Below are positions 1 through 11,152 of a DNA stretch of 64,000 nt, piece by piece (the first letter of the stretch is position 1; the number at the start of each line of letters is the position of its first letter). The position numbers and the translations under genes are program-made. The notes under the pieces are model-generated. The model saw nothing but the letters and a program-made list of their open reading frames with translations, was not told the DNA's origin and searched no databases. The DNA is from Eukaryota sp. TZLM1-RC (lineage: Eukaryota > Protista > Metamonada: BaSk clade), in NCBI GenBank assembly GCA_040285825.1, contig JAUPSS010000013.1, forward strand, positions 62,001 to 126,000, given 5' to 3'.

Positions 1-3000
1 CCGAAGGTAATAGACGACTATATAGATTCTTAAATAATCTTGGAAAATAGTCCAAATTTCATTAGCATAGAATGGCTTCAAAATTAACGTCTTCTTATCC
101 CAATATCGGAGCAAATGTTTGACAAATTTGAAGAAGAAACGGTGAGCACAAACATCCTGTAATTAAAAATACAAAATAAAAATAACAAACCCATGATTTT
201 ACTCTCTGAGCAAATAGACTCTTTTCTCCAGTTACGTGTTGGCCGAAAAGATCTTCTCTTAGATGAATTAGGTCTTGTGGAACTTGGGTTAGTACTGGAT
301 TATCAATGAGAGTGATCAGCCGCTTGGTTGTACCATTGATTGGATGTTCTCTTAGAATAAACCCCATTAGGGCATCTTCTATGATAAGTGATTATTAAAT
401 CAAACCTCCGTCAAATTGTGTATTATGGTAGTTTAAGATATGCTTCAGTACAGACTTCTTATAAATCGCACAAGCCCCATGATTGTAATTAGCAGTTCCC
501 CAGCTTGATTGAAAGTGTTTGGTGTATCCAGCAAGAATGTATTCAAAATCTTGCATCCATGTCAGCAACTTACGTCTTGACCAAGAATAGTTGGGACCTA
601 AAGTCAGTCTCCATTGCTAAAACAAACGCTTTCCTTCTGGTATTGACCCACTGGCAATCGCCTTTACATAATCCTGCTGTTCGGCATCAACAAATGGTGT
701 TGTCTGATCTGCTCTAATGCCAATTACGCCACCAGCAATATCATCATCACTAAGCAAATGAGTTTGCCAATTCATTTTATGGGGAATAATGCAATCATCA
801 TCCATAATGACGACATACTCGATGTGTTCCATCTCCTCCAGAATGTAATCACAAACCCACCTTATTGCTGCAGTTTTGTTTCCAACAGGTGTGTAATAAT
901 ATTTCACAGTGGAGCCCCACTCATAAACCTTTTCCACGATCTTTACAGTTTCGTCATTCGGATTAGGGCGGAGTGATCCTGTGTTATGACAAACAAATAC
1001 ATTGCCATCAGCAACGGACAAACAGGCCATTTTTAAAGATCTTTCAAAAGTTTTCTGAGTTTCTTCCCTTTGAGTCTTAAAATCTTCGTAATTTGGCATT
1101 TTGTGCCATCTTCCTAGTGAATGAGCACTTTTGCTTCTGTTAAAACTATTTTCAATGTCTCGCGGGTCTCTGCCAGATGACATATATGAAGCAATCAGAA
1201 CAGCAACATTGTGGGGGTTCTCTACCACTGTACCCTTACTTGGCTCTCTATGTGGGGTATACGGGTGAGATAGCATTGCAAACACTAAAATTGCGTATTC
1301 TAATGAAAGTATGGCTATTGAAAGCCACCATGAATCAAATTGATGTAGTAAACGTCTTTCATATATAAAATCATTGAAAAAAACTGAAAAAATTAGCAAA
1401 ATTGAAACACCAAATACCAAAAGAACAATTTTTTCAGAAGTAGTTCTATGAGTGGTCTTGATTTTTCGTTCTTTTACATAATGCATCACCATCTTCACCC
1501 ACCTTGAATCATTTAATACAGTTGAGAGCTTTGGAGGTAAATGCTTAGATGATTGACCAGGACCTGGCAGTTGAAATTCTTCTTGTTTAGTACCAGTAAA
1601 GCAATTTGAAGGGGGAGAGGAAAATGAGGCGTAAATAGAAATACCCAATATAACGATAAAGCCAATAGCAATAACACCGTCAAAAAAACTAAACACTGAA
1701 GGAGTCAAGTCAAACGCAATGTAGCTAAGAGACAACTGGTCCAGACTGTACACAACATCCTGGATTAATGGAAGTTGTACTGATATAGTAAAGCCTGTGA
1801 ATGTTCTGTTGAGAATTTGTAAAGAAAAACCCAATTGAGAGCTGGTTGAGAATCCATTGACAAACAAAAAAATATTGGGTATTTTTAAAAATTCTTGTTC
1901 AAATGATACGAAAAAATAGAATAGATTGTCTGAATTAAGTGGGTCGTCAAAACTCCAAGTAACACCACCAGTGCCCAAAATAAAAGTGTCGGTTAATACC
2001 TTCGAATTAGGCAGCAATGAATAATCAAGCAATAAAGTATTAATTCTGGCTTGACTGACAAGGGATTCACTGGTGATGGTAATAAAGGAAGGGGAGGGTT
2101 CTGTGTTTGAATCGATTAAAATATTGGAATGATGATTCTTGAACCCAAAGCCAGTTAAACTATTAATTTCCTTGAAGAAACCATCCTCCAAATTTGTAGT
2201 TAAAGGCAAAGAGTGACTAAATTTTCCAGATTGTTCATTCAATGTCCAATTGGGATCAGTTGCATTAGACAGCAATGGCGAGGAGAAAAACTCAGTATTC
2301 ATCAAATGGTTACAATGTTCTTCAACAGCCATCCAATTCAGTGATAACTGGTCTACTTGACCATCAGTTACTAGACGTAGAATAAAAGACTTTGAATCAA
2401 GTTGAACCAGTTGTAAGTCAAATTTGCTTTTGGATGATATCTGGATACCTGCAATTCCATAAGAAATGGAAGGAGTTGTTTGAAATTCAAAATTAAATGG
2501 TACTTCTAATTGCACAGTGTTGATATCTCCTCCCCCTGTTAGTGACCAGAAAGTCACATCTCCGCTGTCCGTAATGACAGAAGGGGCACATGTATTTGAT
2601 TCCAACCATTCGAAAACATTTGGCAGGGGAAGAAAGAAAAATGCTGATAAAAATAGAAGAATTAAAACAATTCTGCAATCCCAGACTAATTTACCAATTC
2701 TTCCTTTTGGTTTTTCTTTTGAAATATTCGTACTTGCGACATCAATATCAAAAATAGTTTCTGGACATTTTAACCTTTCCTCCACTGCATCCACCTGAGG
2801 TAATTCTGTACCACGAAACAGAAACAATAACAGTAAAGCAGAAGACAAAAACAAAGGGAGAAGAAAGAAAGAAGCAGTTAGGCTGACTTTGAAAAGAAGC
2901 GGTGAAAGTGACACTAAATAAACTAAAACTGGAATTAAGTAAATTTTTAGTTTCCTAATTGAAAATAAAAAGAAGGCAAGGGTGACATTTAACAAAACAC

Positions 3001-4063
3001 AGGCCATAATGAATAAAGTCCAAATCAAGCTATTGGCTGACCAAATAACCTTAATAAAAGAGCAATTATTAACTTCAAAGTTCAAATCAAGATTACTAGA
3101 CACTAAGGAAAAGAATTTGAGTGGACCTTTTACATCACTGAAAGGAAAATTAATTTCATCAAGATTAACCAATACATTCTGATTCAACAAATACGTATCG
3201 TATTCAAAGTCAGCAGAGTTCAACCGAGTTGAGCAAACATCTTTATTGGTGTTAGGAACCCATGCCCAAGACATTAACCAATCATAAGGTTTAGATTCAT
3301 ACTCAATAGAAGTAAGACATTGGTTAGTGGTGGTAATAGTTTGGGAATCTTTGTCGTTCTTAACTGTGCCATTACAAGGGCAAATTAAAGACATTCTACC
3401 CAGTATCACATTAGGATTAGGGTTAGGGTTATTGAATTGTAGTTTTAAAGGTAAATAATTAGGGCTTAATTCAATTGATGTACTGGTTGTATTTAAGACA
3501 ACAGTTTCTAATGAACTTTGCATTGGTGATACTACAACTTCTCCCTCTACATTTCCAATCACTTCCAAGTCAAGAAAGGAAACACAACGAGGAACATCAG
3601 AAGAGAGGAAGAAATGATGCTCAAAGGGAACATCAGTTGGAAGGGAAAATGAAAACGAACTAAATCGATGATTCGATTGGATTTCTGGAACAATCAACTC
3701 AAAAAAGGACAAAAGAATAGGAGAGTCACTGGCGGTGGGCGTTAGGGTTAGATTAAACTCTCCATAAGTTGTGAGAGGAACACTGGTATCCACAGGCTCA
3801 TGTGAAGTAGGAGTTTCAAGTGTTATAGTGGATGATATAGGAGACTCCGATCTGAACCAGACAGTGGCATTGCTATAAGCAGTGAGTATGGTGAGTATGG
3901 TGGGCTCAGATAGCTTAGTTGGTGTTATTAAGATGTTGTAATCATGAGTTGAGGCTTCAATATGATGGTACTCAGATGAATCGACCGAGTAACAATTATG
4001 GGAATCACAAGGAAAGGCGATGGTAGAGACGACTAAATAGCAAATGAGAAGGACAGTCTTCAT
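1..4063 (-). CDS. Multi-pass membrane processive family-2 glycosyltransferase (polysaccharide synthase-like) with signal peptide and extracellular H-type-lectin-like repeats; exons 4063-628, 597-406, 378-191, 156-<1; runs off the window start
   Basis: The 1148-aa ORF continues in frame once three GT..AG introns are removed, giving GT-A motifs VLIASY, GNKTAAI, YVVIMDDD, QDFEY, HGACAIYK, DGEDALMG and FAQRVKSW. The last exon is open to position 1 (1324 codons in window). About 7 hydrophobic segments precede the catalytic domain. Confidence 0.88.
157..190 (-). other. 34-nt spliceosomal intron of GT2 gene
   Basis: GTTTGTTATT...AATTACAG directly after the QRVKSW Trp codon; splicing gives an open exon DVCAHRFFFKF... 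to the window edge. Confidence 0.82.
379..405 (-). other. 27-nt spliceosomal intron of GT2 gene
   Basis: GTTTGATTTAATAATCACTTATCATAG; contains in-frame TAA TAA; splicing creates the catalytic G-E-D motif. Confidence 0.88.
598..627 (-). other. 30-nt spliceosomal intron of GT2 gene
   Basis: GTTTGTTTTAGCAATGGAGACTGACTTTAG; contains the TAG that ends the track ORF and a CTGAC branch-like motif; splicing gives K-R-P-N-Y in frame. Confidence 0.85.
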
Positions 4064-5900
4064 TGTATGAATGTGCTGACGAATCTATCAAATTGCTCGC
4101 AAATCAAAAATTAGTAACAAGCATGATGACATTTAATATATCATGCCTTGGATAAAACAAATGTGATTAATATCGAGTAGAGTAAGAGTAGAATAGACTA
4201 GAAGATGTGTTTGTGTGCTTCAACAACGAAAAATGTCAAACATCCCTTTTATTCCAAATTTATTTATATACTGAATGGACAACTTGTTTCAATTCTTTGT
4301 AAATTTCACATAATGTGAAAACACATTATTTGGGTGCACAGTGTGTATATAAAATAGTTGATGAGGTGTGTAGCATTAGGTTTGAGAGAAGCCATTTTTA
4401 GAACTTCGCTTTGATAATTTGTACAAGTTCAACACCTTTGTGTACAGGTTCCAACACCCGAAAGTTCAACAGTGCAGCTGCAAGAAAATAATTATCAAAA
4501 AAATAACTGTTCCACCCTTTGCATTGTTACATACTGACATGAAGGAGTTTGATTTACAAAACATTGATCTACACGTTAATCTGTTTAATCAAACTGTTGA
4601 GGGAACTACGAGTTTATTAAGAGGTGAAATATTTCAAGAATTCAATATTCCCCAAAAAAATGATTACTCATTAAACGGGGCTAACAACGATCACACATTT
4701 TTATCTGCAGCAGATCAGGAATAAATGTTATCCAAATTCAACTCCAAAGCTGTAGATTTGACACATTGATGCATTATTTTAAACAAAGAATTAATATAAA
4801 TAGAATCGTTCGTAATGGTTCTGCCGGGAAGCGGAAAAAATAAATAAAATTTTAGTTTATTTTATTTTTATTTTTATTTATTTCTGGTACATTTTCCGCT
4901 GTCAGAAAAAAATATTATTTCAGAAATAAAATTTTCATTTTTTTTTCATTGTTTTCAGGTCACTTTTCTGAGAATTGTTAATAAATAAAGTAAATAATTT
5001 GAAATAAAATAAAATACTGTTTCCTGAATGGAAATAGAAAAATTAAAAAAATCTTTTTTTATTTATTTTTTGGCATTTTGAAGCCCGAAATATATTCCCA
5101 TTTATTTCCTTCTGATACGTGTGTTATACACGGGTCTTTGAAAAATTGAATTACCAAGAATTGTGGTTTTTTTAAATTATTCCAATTGACAAAAGTCGAT
5201 CAAGTGACAGATTTTCACGTTAGTCTTAGGTACACGTTTTCTGATAACATTAACCAATAAACACAAATAGATAGAACAAAAAATTTTAACAGTTCTGAAA
5301 AGATCATACAAATTAAACAAAAACTTATAGAAATCAATATTAAGAAAATACTTAAGGTAGGTAGAGGTTATCATTTAAAATTCAAAAGAGTTGCAAAAAC
5401 ACAAGATTAAAGAATGTTGTTGAAAAAAACTGTTGAAAAGATTTTGTAAAAAAAGATTTTCGAGCCCGTTGCTTTGTTTCAATAGTAAGAAATCAAAAAA
5501 GAAATTTTGAATTTTTAAGTGCGATTTGAAAGATCATGCCATGAAAAACACACGAGAAATATATTCGTCACAAAATGTAAATCATGTGAAAGTGAATCAA
5601 CTGGGATCAAAGTGCTTCACTAAATATAATGACAATGGAGGAAACACATGTCAATGGTGGAAACAAAATTCTAGACATACAAAATTATGGATGATAATAG
5701 ATGAATGATTCTTTAAAAAGAGTAACTTTTATTAAGCAAGGAATAGAAATACAACAATCAGATACATAATTAAAGCTTCACATTCTCAAAACCTGCCTCT
5801 GCAACATCAAAACAGTTGATTACTAAAGATTCTGAGAATCGACCAAAGGAAGAAAGTGAATTAGAAATTAATTTCACCATTATTCACAATAACTGTAACA

Positions 5901-6396
5901 ATGGATCTTAACACTTTCAAGAGACTGTTGGTGTCCTCCCTTTTCTGATCTTATCGAAGATATTCTAATGAGGACGACACTGAACAAGTAATGAAGAAGT
6001 TTATTGAAGAGTTCGATTTTGAAAACAACACTGTATGGTTCTGTGATTACATGTATAATGAGTCCCTATCGGGCCCTGCCTTCATGTCCGCAAACAGAGT
6101 AGGTGGTTTCTTGCAACGTTCTGAAAAGCTTGCTAGAGGACACTTCGCATCTATGTGTATCACTCGTGCTCCCGATGCAAGTCATAATGAAATTCACGGT
6201 TTCTGGGTTGTCCCAGGTGCCGAACCTTCGGACGTGCGTGCTGTCCCAGATTCTGAGTCTTATGATTGGCACAAGGCCGATTTGTCCGATGCCGCTCACG
6301 TTGATAAAATTATCAAGCTTGGAGCCTGGTTTGTTTCTCCAAATTACTTATTATAGGACTGTTGAAAACTTCCAAGATGGTAAAATCTTGAAATAA
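5901..6396 (+). CDS. Stand-alone eEF1B-gamma C-terminal domain protein (144 aa); introns 5927-5959 (33 nt) and 6329-6356 (28 nt)
   Basis: Spliced product MDLNTFKRLYSNEDD...WFCDYMYNE...FMSANRVGGFLQR...IHGFWV...PDSESYDW...GAWTVENFQDGKILK matches the EF1G domain motifs FKRxYSNED, FMSxNLIxGxFQR and GKIFK. Confidence 0.9.
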
Positions 6397-6650
6397 GTTT
6401 CTTATACCATTTACTTAATTGTTTATCGTTTTAGTTTATCACTTTTAGATGTCATTCACAATCTTCTGGTATAAACACCTTTCCCCACTTACAATTCAGC
6501 AACATCTTACACTAAATGTAATATGAAAAAAACTCTCACATTTAGAACATAAACTGACCAAATGACATTTGAACCAAAATTTATACAGGAATTATATTAT
6601 ATATTATATTTTTTATATTTAATACAGGAAACAAAATAAAATAATGAGAA

Positions 6651-7115
6651 CTAAACAAAAGACATATTGAAATGCTGTGGAGGTCTCATCAGATTTGGCA
6701 AATGATCGACTGTTTCTCTACGTCGAAACACCAGGGAAGCAGGGGATTTTTTTGCTGGAAGACCATAATAGACTCTATCAGGTGAAGCAGTGGTATAATT
6801 GAGAAAACGACGTCGCACATGTTCATCAACTTGTGGGGAAATCATTAAGATATTATGACGAGAAGGCATTTCTGAAGGAGGAGTTGAGGGAAGCCTGAAA
6901 GAAGGTGAAGATTTTGATGAAGAAACGGACTTAGTCAGAGGTCGAGAAGGAGTTCCCTTTAGCTGAGAACTACTTCTATTATGGCGAACTCCGTCTATGA
7001 ATCGAGAGACATCCTGAAATCTGTTTTGAAGATCTTGTGTAGAAGCACGGTGATCGGACACAAATGTTTCCCATCGTTTACGCTCAGCATCAAGGGATTG
7101 ACAAAGACGATGCAT
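6651..7115 (-). CDS. Hypothetical protein (154 aa), N-terminal coiled coil and Ser/Pro-rich region
   Basis: Clean ATG-TAG ORF with coding-like composition; no family recognised. Confidence 0.6.
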   Translation of the reverse strand: MHRLCQSLDAERKRWETFVSDHRASTQDLQNRFQDVSRFIDGVRHNRSSSQLKGTPSRPLTKSVSSSKSSPSFRLPSTPPSEMPSRHNILMISPQVDEHVRRRFLNYTTASPDRVYYGLPAKKSPASLVFRRRETVDHLPNLMRPPQHFNMSFV

Positions 7116-7145
7116 TGGTATTGTTGAGTTTGTTGTAAGTTCAAG

Positions 7146-7800
7146 TTACTTGGAAACTATACATTGCTTCTCAAATTTCCCATTCGCTGCTCGTGATAAT
7201 GTATTGAGTTTTGGTTGTTGAATCGGACTCATTGGTGTACCATCACCTTCACAATCCTTATCAACATCTCTCTGGCTCTCATCAGTGGGTTCAATAACAT
7301 TGTTTTGAGACTGCTGTCTCTTGAACACCTCTGATCTCTCTCTTCTAGCCAAAATGTCTTCTGCCAACAAATGAATATTTAGTGCAGAATTAGTATCTCG
7401 ATTCCAGAACGTTTTGCATTGCCTCAGACCCCATGGAATTACTTGTCGAACCTTGCAGTTGCCCAATTCATCCTTTTCCAAAAACTTTGAAATACGTTTT
7501 CTTATTCTCTTGTCGGTGGTATTTTTCAATTCTTCGACTAATTCTCTAATTGCTAGACTTCTTTGTTCACTCTTACTCGTATCTGCCTTACTCATAACCA
7601 ACTTTCAGGGACTGTTTCTACCCTTTTCATTGCTTCTTCCAACTTTTCTTTTATTTTCTTTTTTACTTTTTTTGCATTTTTTGAATCTGTCTTTAAATTC
7701 CGTTTTTTCTTTCTGACATGAATATCCCGTCTAATTGAGTTTAATTTTTTCGTAAAGTTGGGATCATCGTATTTGTAGGAAGTTTTCGTGTTACCACTAT
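7146..7800 (-). mobile_element. Fanzor/TnpB C-terminal relic 1 (zinc-finger second half plus RuvC-III), 5'-truncated and frameshifted
   Basis: Translation PWGLRQC-KTFWNRDTNSALNIHLLAEDILARRERSEVFKR matches the Fanzor signature (H/W)GLxxC..C..WNRDxNxAxNI...RP..xxR. An upstream Lys-rich frame (7800-7595) joins through a frameshift. Confidence 0.8.
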
Positions 7801-7844
7801 TAATATTATGACGTTACCAACGTCATAATCTTATGTAATCCTAC

Positions 7845-8051
7845 ATGTATCGTCGCTATCTCCACAAATACCTCCACAACATCCTCGGCATAGACCTTCT
7901 CAACCCTGAGCTAACCAGAGCCACTCCCCTCCTCACCCTCCTCGCCTACATTACTCTCCCTGCCATCATGATCTTTCTCCACATCATTCCGCATCTGTTC
8001 ACGACCCTCATCTCCTCCACACTTATCACCACCTTTACAATCACTTGTTGA
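7845..8051 (+). CDS. Small hydrophobic hypothetical protein (68 aa)
   Basis: C-rich, coding-like ORF with two hydrophobic stretches; no family recognised. Confidence 0.35.
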   Translation: MYRRYLHKYLHNILGIDLLNPELTRATPLLTLLAYITLPAIMIFLHIIPHLFTTLISSTLITTFTITC

Positions 8052-8111
8052 GTTTGTTGAGCACAACAAAGATATTTATTTCATGTTAAGACCTAACTAT
8101 CTGCCACTATT

Positions 8112-8270
8112 ATGTCTTCCCTTTGGACTTTGTTGCCACATTGAACAGGTCTTCTACTCCTGCCCAGGCTTTCTTATCTTCGCATCCTGAATCTCATGAA
8201 GACTCTACACCTGATTCATCCCGTTCAGTATTTTGCTGTTGATGACGCTGCTCCAGAACTTGACAGCCCA
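8112..8270 (+). repeat. Degenerate copy of the ORF start found at 10305 (-); unknown repeat family
   Basis: Frameshifted translation DFVATLNRSSTPAQAFLS...QYFAVDDAAPELD aligns with DFDATLNSPSTAAQAILS...QFFAVNDAAPKPD of ORF 9910..10305. Confidence 0.7.
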
Positions 8271-8279
8271 AAGTTTTTT

Positions 8280-8765
8280 TAATTATTAATTTATTACTTT
8301 CAAAAAACTAAAGAAAAAATTAAACTTGTAAATCTTCTTATCCCAAATCAACCAAAAAGAATTGACTGGAAGTTTTTCCTTCATACAAACGACCAAGAGA
8401 TAATAAAGCAGAAGACAATAACGATACAACACCTCAGAAAATTGAAAATACATTTCTGTTCTGCCAAAACGTTTTGTCAAAAATTCTTCCTGTTCGCTGT
8501 TTTACAATTTCAACAAAATCATCCAAGAAAGATAAAGCAAGTGGTCCAAGCGTGCCAAGTAAGGAAAAAGCAAATGAACAAAGGACATGATGAGTTCGGG
8601 ATTTAGCATTCAAGGAAACCAACTTTGCTTTATATTTATTAATTTTAGAATTTTCGGCAACAGACAGCGGATTTCTGTAAACCATTCTTGTGTTTTGATT
8701 GAGCCAATGGTATGAAAGAATTATTACACACATCAGTTGATCTCACATCAGTAATGATAGTCCAA
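8280..8765 (-). mobile_element. 3' fragment of RLE-type (CRE/SLACS-like) non-LTR retrotransposon
   Basis: FAFSLLGTLGPLALSFLDDF...FWQNRNVFSIF; nucleotide sequence closely matches 30790-31250. Confidence 0.85.
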
Positions 8766-9599
8766 AGTGTATCAATAATATTATCTGGTCAATGATGACT
8801 AATGAAATCAACTAAGAATTTTATATATATGTATATATCAAATATAACTTTTAGACCATTTCTGACTTTGAGCCTTTAAGTTGGGTTTTATCTTAAGATT
8901 AACACTGCATCATTTTCTATCTATTGCAAATATTCTGATGATCTGCTATTGTGAAATGAAAAGTAATTTACCACGATTATCAATAATGTCGTTTGAAGCT
9001 AGAGTGCATATGTTGATGTTGCAAAATGGATTCAGCAGTGATAGGTGAGGGTAAAAGAGAAAGAAACTCATCATGACAGTAATTGAGTATAAGATCGCCA
9101 TCGTTAAAAAGAGGGATATTACAGAAAGGAGTTGTTCTACACCTTTATCATCATCAGGTAGATTTGGCCATTGTGTATTTATCAACAAAGACATCGCAAC
9201 GATGCCTAGAAGATTATTTAGGACGTATTTCAGTGACTATTCGAAGCTATGTTTTGCATACATAAGGTTGGTACTGGATTCACAGTAGAAAGATAAGTGC
9301 ATTAACACAAACCAGAATGAAACAACCAGCACAGAGATATATTGGTAGACCAGTTTTGGGATTTGTGAGGTTTATTCAGAGTAAAATGATTTGGTGATTT
9401 CCGAGAAATAGGTGTGCGCAAGAGGTTGGTGACATGTTTGGGCTGAGTCAAGAACTGTATAAAGGAATTTCAATTGTGAAACTTTATACGAACTCATTAA
9501 ATCTGCAAACACCCTAGATTAAGAGAAATTTTCTGCTGTGACTTAACACTACTTCATCGAATTTGTAATGAACGAGTGAAGTTTGGACTTCATGTCAAA

Positions 9600-10305
9600 A
9601 ACGATGATTCAGATGTTGAAGTTTGTCATTCCCAAGACCCAAAATGTGCTTTCACTACAGAAGAAGAGCTTTTTGTTCTTCCATGAAAACATTCGAATTA
9701 GCTACTTTTAAGTCTTCAAAAGCAATTGAGCGTGCATCTTGTTTGTAGAACTCTTGGCACATTTTGTTAAATTCTGCTCTGCTTAGTGTTTTTGTAGCTA
9801 GCTGGAGAAAGACAACAGGTTCATCTTCAGAGTCATAAACATACGGCATAAGCAAGGAACTGGTGATTTTCTGTTTGTACGCCCCATTAGCTGTTGTTTT
9901 ATACTTGAGCTAAAGTTCACTTTTCTCAACATAGGGATTCGTGTTGCGTTGACAATGTTCAAAGTACAATTTTGCAAAATATTTTGAGAAAACAGAAACA
10001 TTCAGCACGGCTTTATTAGGAGCAACAAAGACATTTAAATTTTTGTCCAAAAAGGTTTGACCACTTTTGATGCATTCGAAAGTCACATCAATGACCTTTT
10101 TCAAGGAGTCATCAAAGCAGGATTTTGAGATAACAAATCTGTCAGGTTTTGGGGCAGCGTCATTAACAGCAAAAAACTGATCGCTTAATGAACGGGATAA
10201 CGCAATTGTGGAGCGTTTACGATATTCAAGATTCAAGGATAAGATAGCCTGTGCAGCAGTAGAAGGACTGTTCAATGTGGCATCAAAGTCAAAAGAAAAA
10301 GACAC
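9600..10305 (-). pseudogene. Interrupted ORF of an unknown repeated family (probable TE remnant)
   Basis: Overlapping broken ORFs 9910..10305 and 9655..9855; second partial copy at 8112-8270. Confidence 0.45.
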
Positions 10306-11152
10306 AATAAGTACAGTTCAAGAAATGCCTGAAATTTTTTATTATTACAATGCTTTGTCATTAAATTTTCATAGTTTATTTTTTGTACAAAATCGAAATA
10401 AAACAATTAACATAAAAATAGAACTCAATATCCTCAATACATACGTCATCCTCATTGAATCTTTTGAGTGCAGGATCTCCATACTCTATTCCTTATTGTA
10501 ACAGTGTTTTTGAAACAAATTCTGAACAGTGATTGCATTTATCAAATTATCAATGAAAACTATATCTTAAGAAAACAGTAGAAGCATTAATCATGATTCT
10601 TTTCCATCTCTTATCAAACACTTTCAAGAACACATTGCTAATCGCACGGTAATTCTACTAGGAAACAGACAGCATACCATATGGTGATCAAAATCAGACA
10701 ATACAATTGTGGAAACACCAGATATTGTTTTAAAAAAATACTGCTCATTCTCCTCACAAGACATGAGATGTTGAAGACGTCATCTCAAGAATTAAGAACG
10801 AAAAAACGTCTTGAAATATGGATGTACAAGATATTAGACGTGTATTTATTGGTCCTGTTGATGATTCAGACACTTCTAGCTTAAAGTTAAAACAAGGGGG
10901 TTGAGATTACTTCTTGGTTGAGTCCTATATTAATCATATATTTTGCAAATTTTATGATTCATACCCATAATTCAATAGATAACTATCTGTAAGTATGCTT
11001 CACTTTCGTAGTATCTCACTGAGAATATTTATGGATACAAAAGTATTGGATATCAATGACTACATAGACATAATTGTCACAATGAACAATTATTTAGATG
11101 CGACAAAAACTGAAACAACAGTATACACCAACTTTACAAACTGAAATCAACT

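Noticed and set aside
617-619. TAG read-through or TAR=Gln alternative code in the GT2 gene
   Set aside because: The stop lies inside a 30-nt GT..AG intron, and TAA, TAG and TGA all terminate conserved genes (EF1G, Prp8, cysE) at the expected positions.
7138-7300. Hammerhead ribozyme (CTGATGA) in the Fanzor tail, and a CTTGAACT end motif shared with relic 2 (15769-15776)
   Set aside because: No properly placed GAAA core or stems; an 8-nt match at different distances in AT-rich DNA is not significant without more copies.
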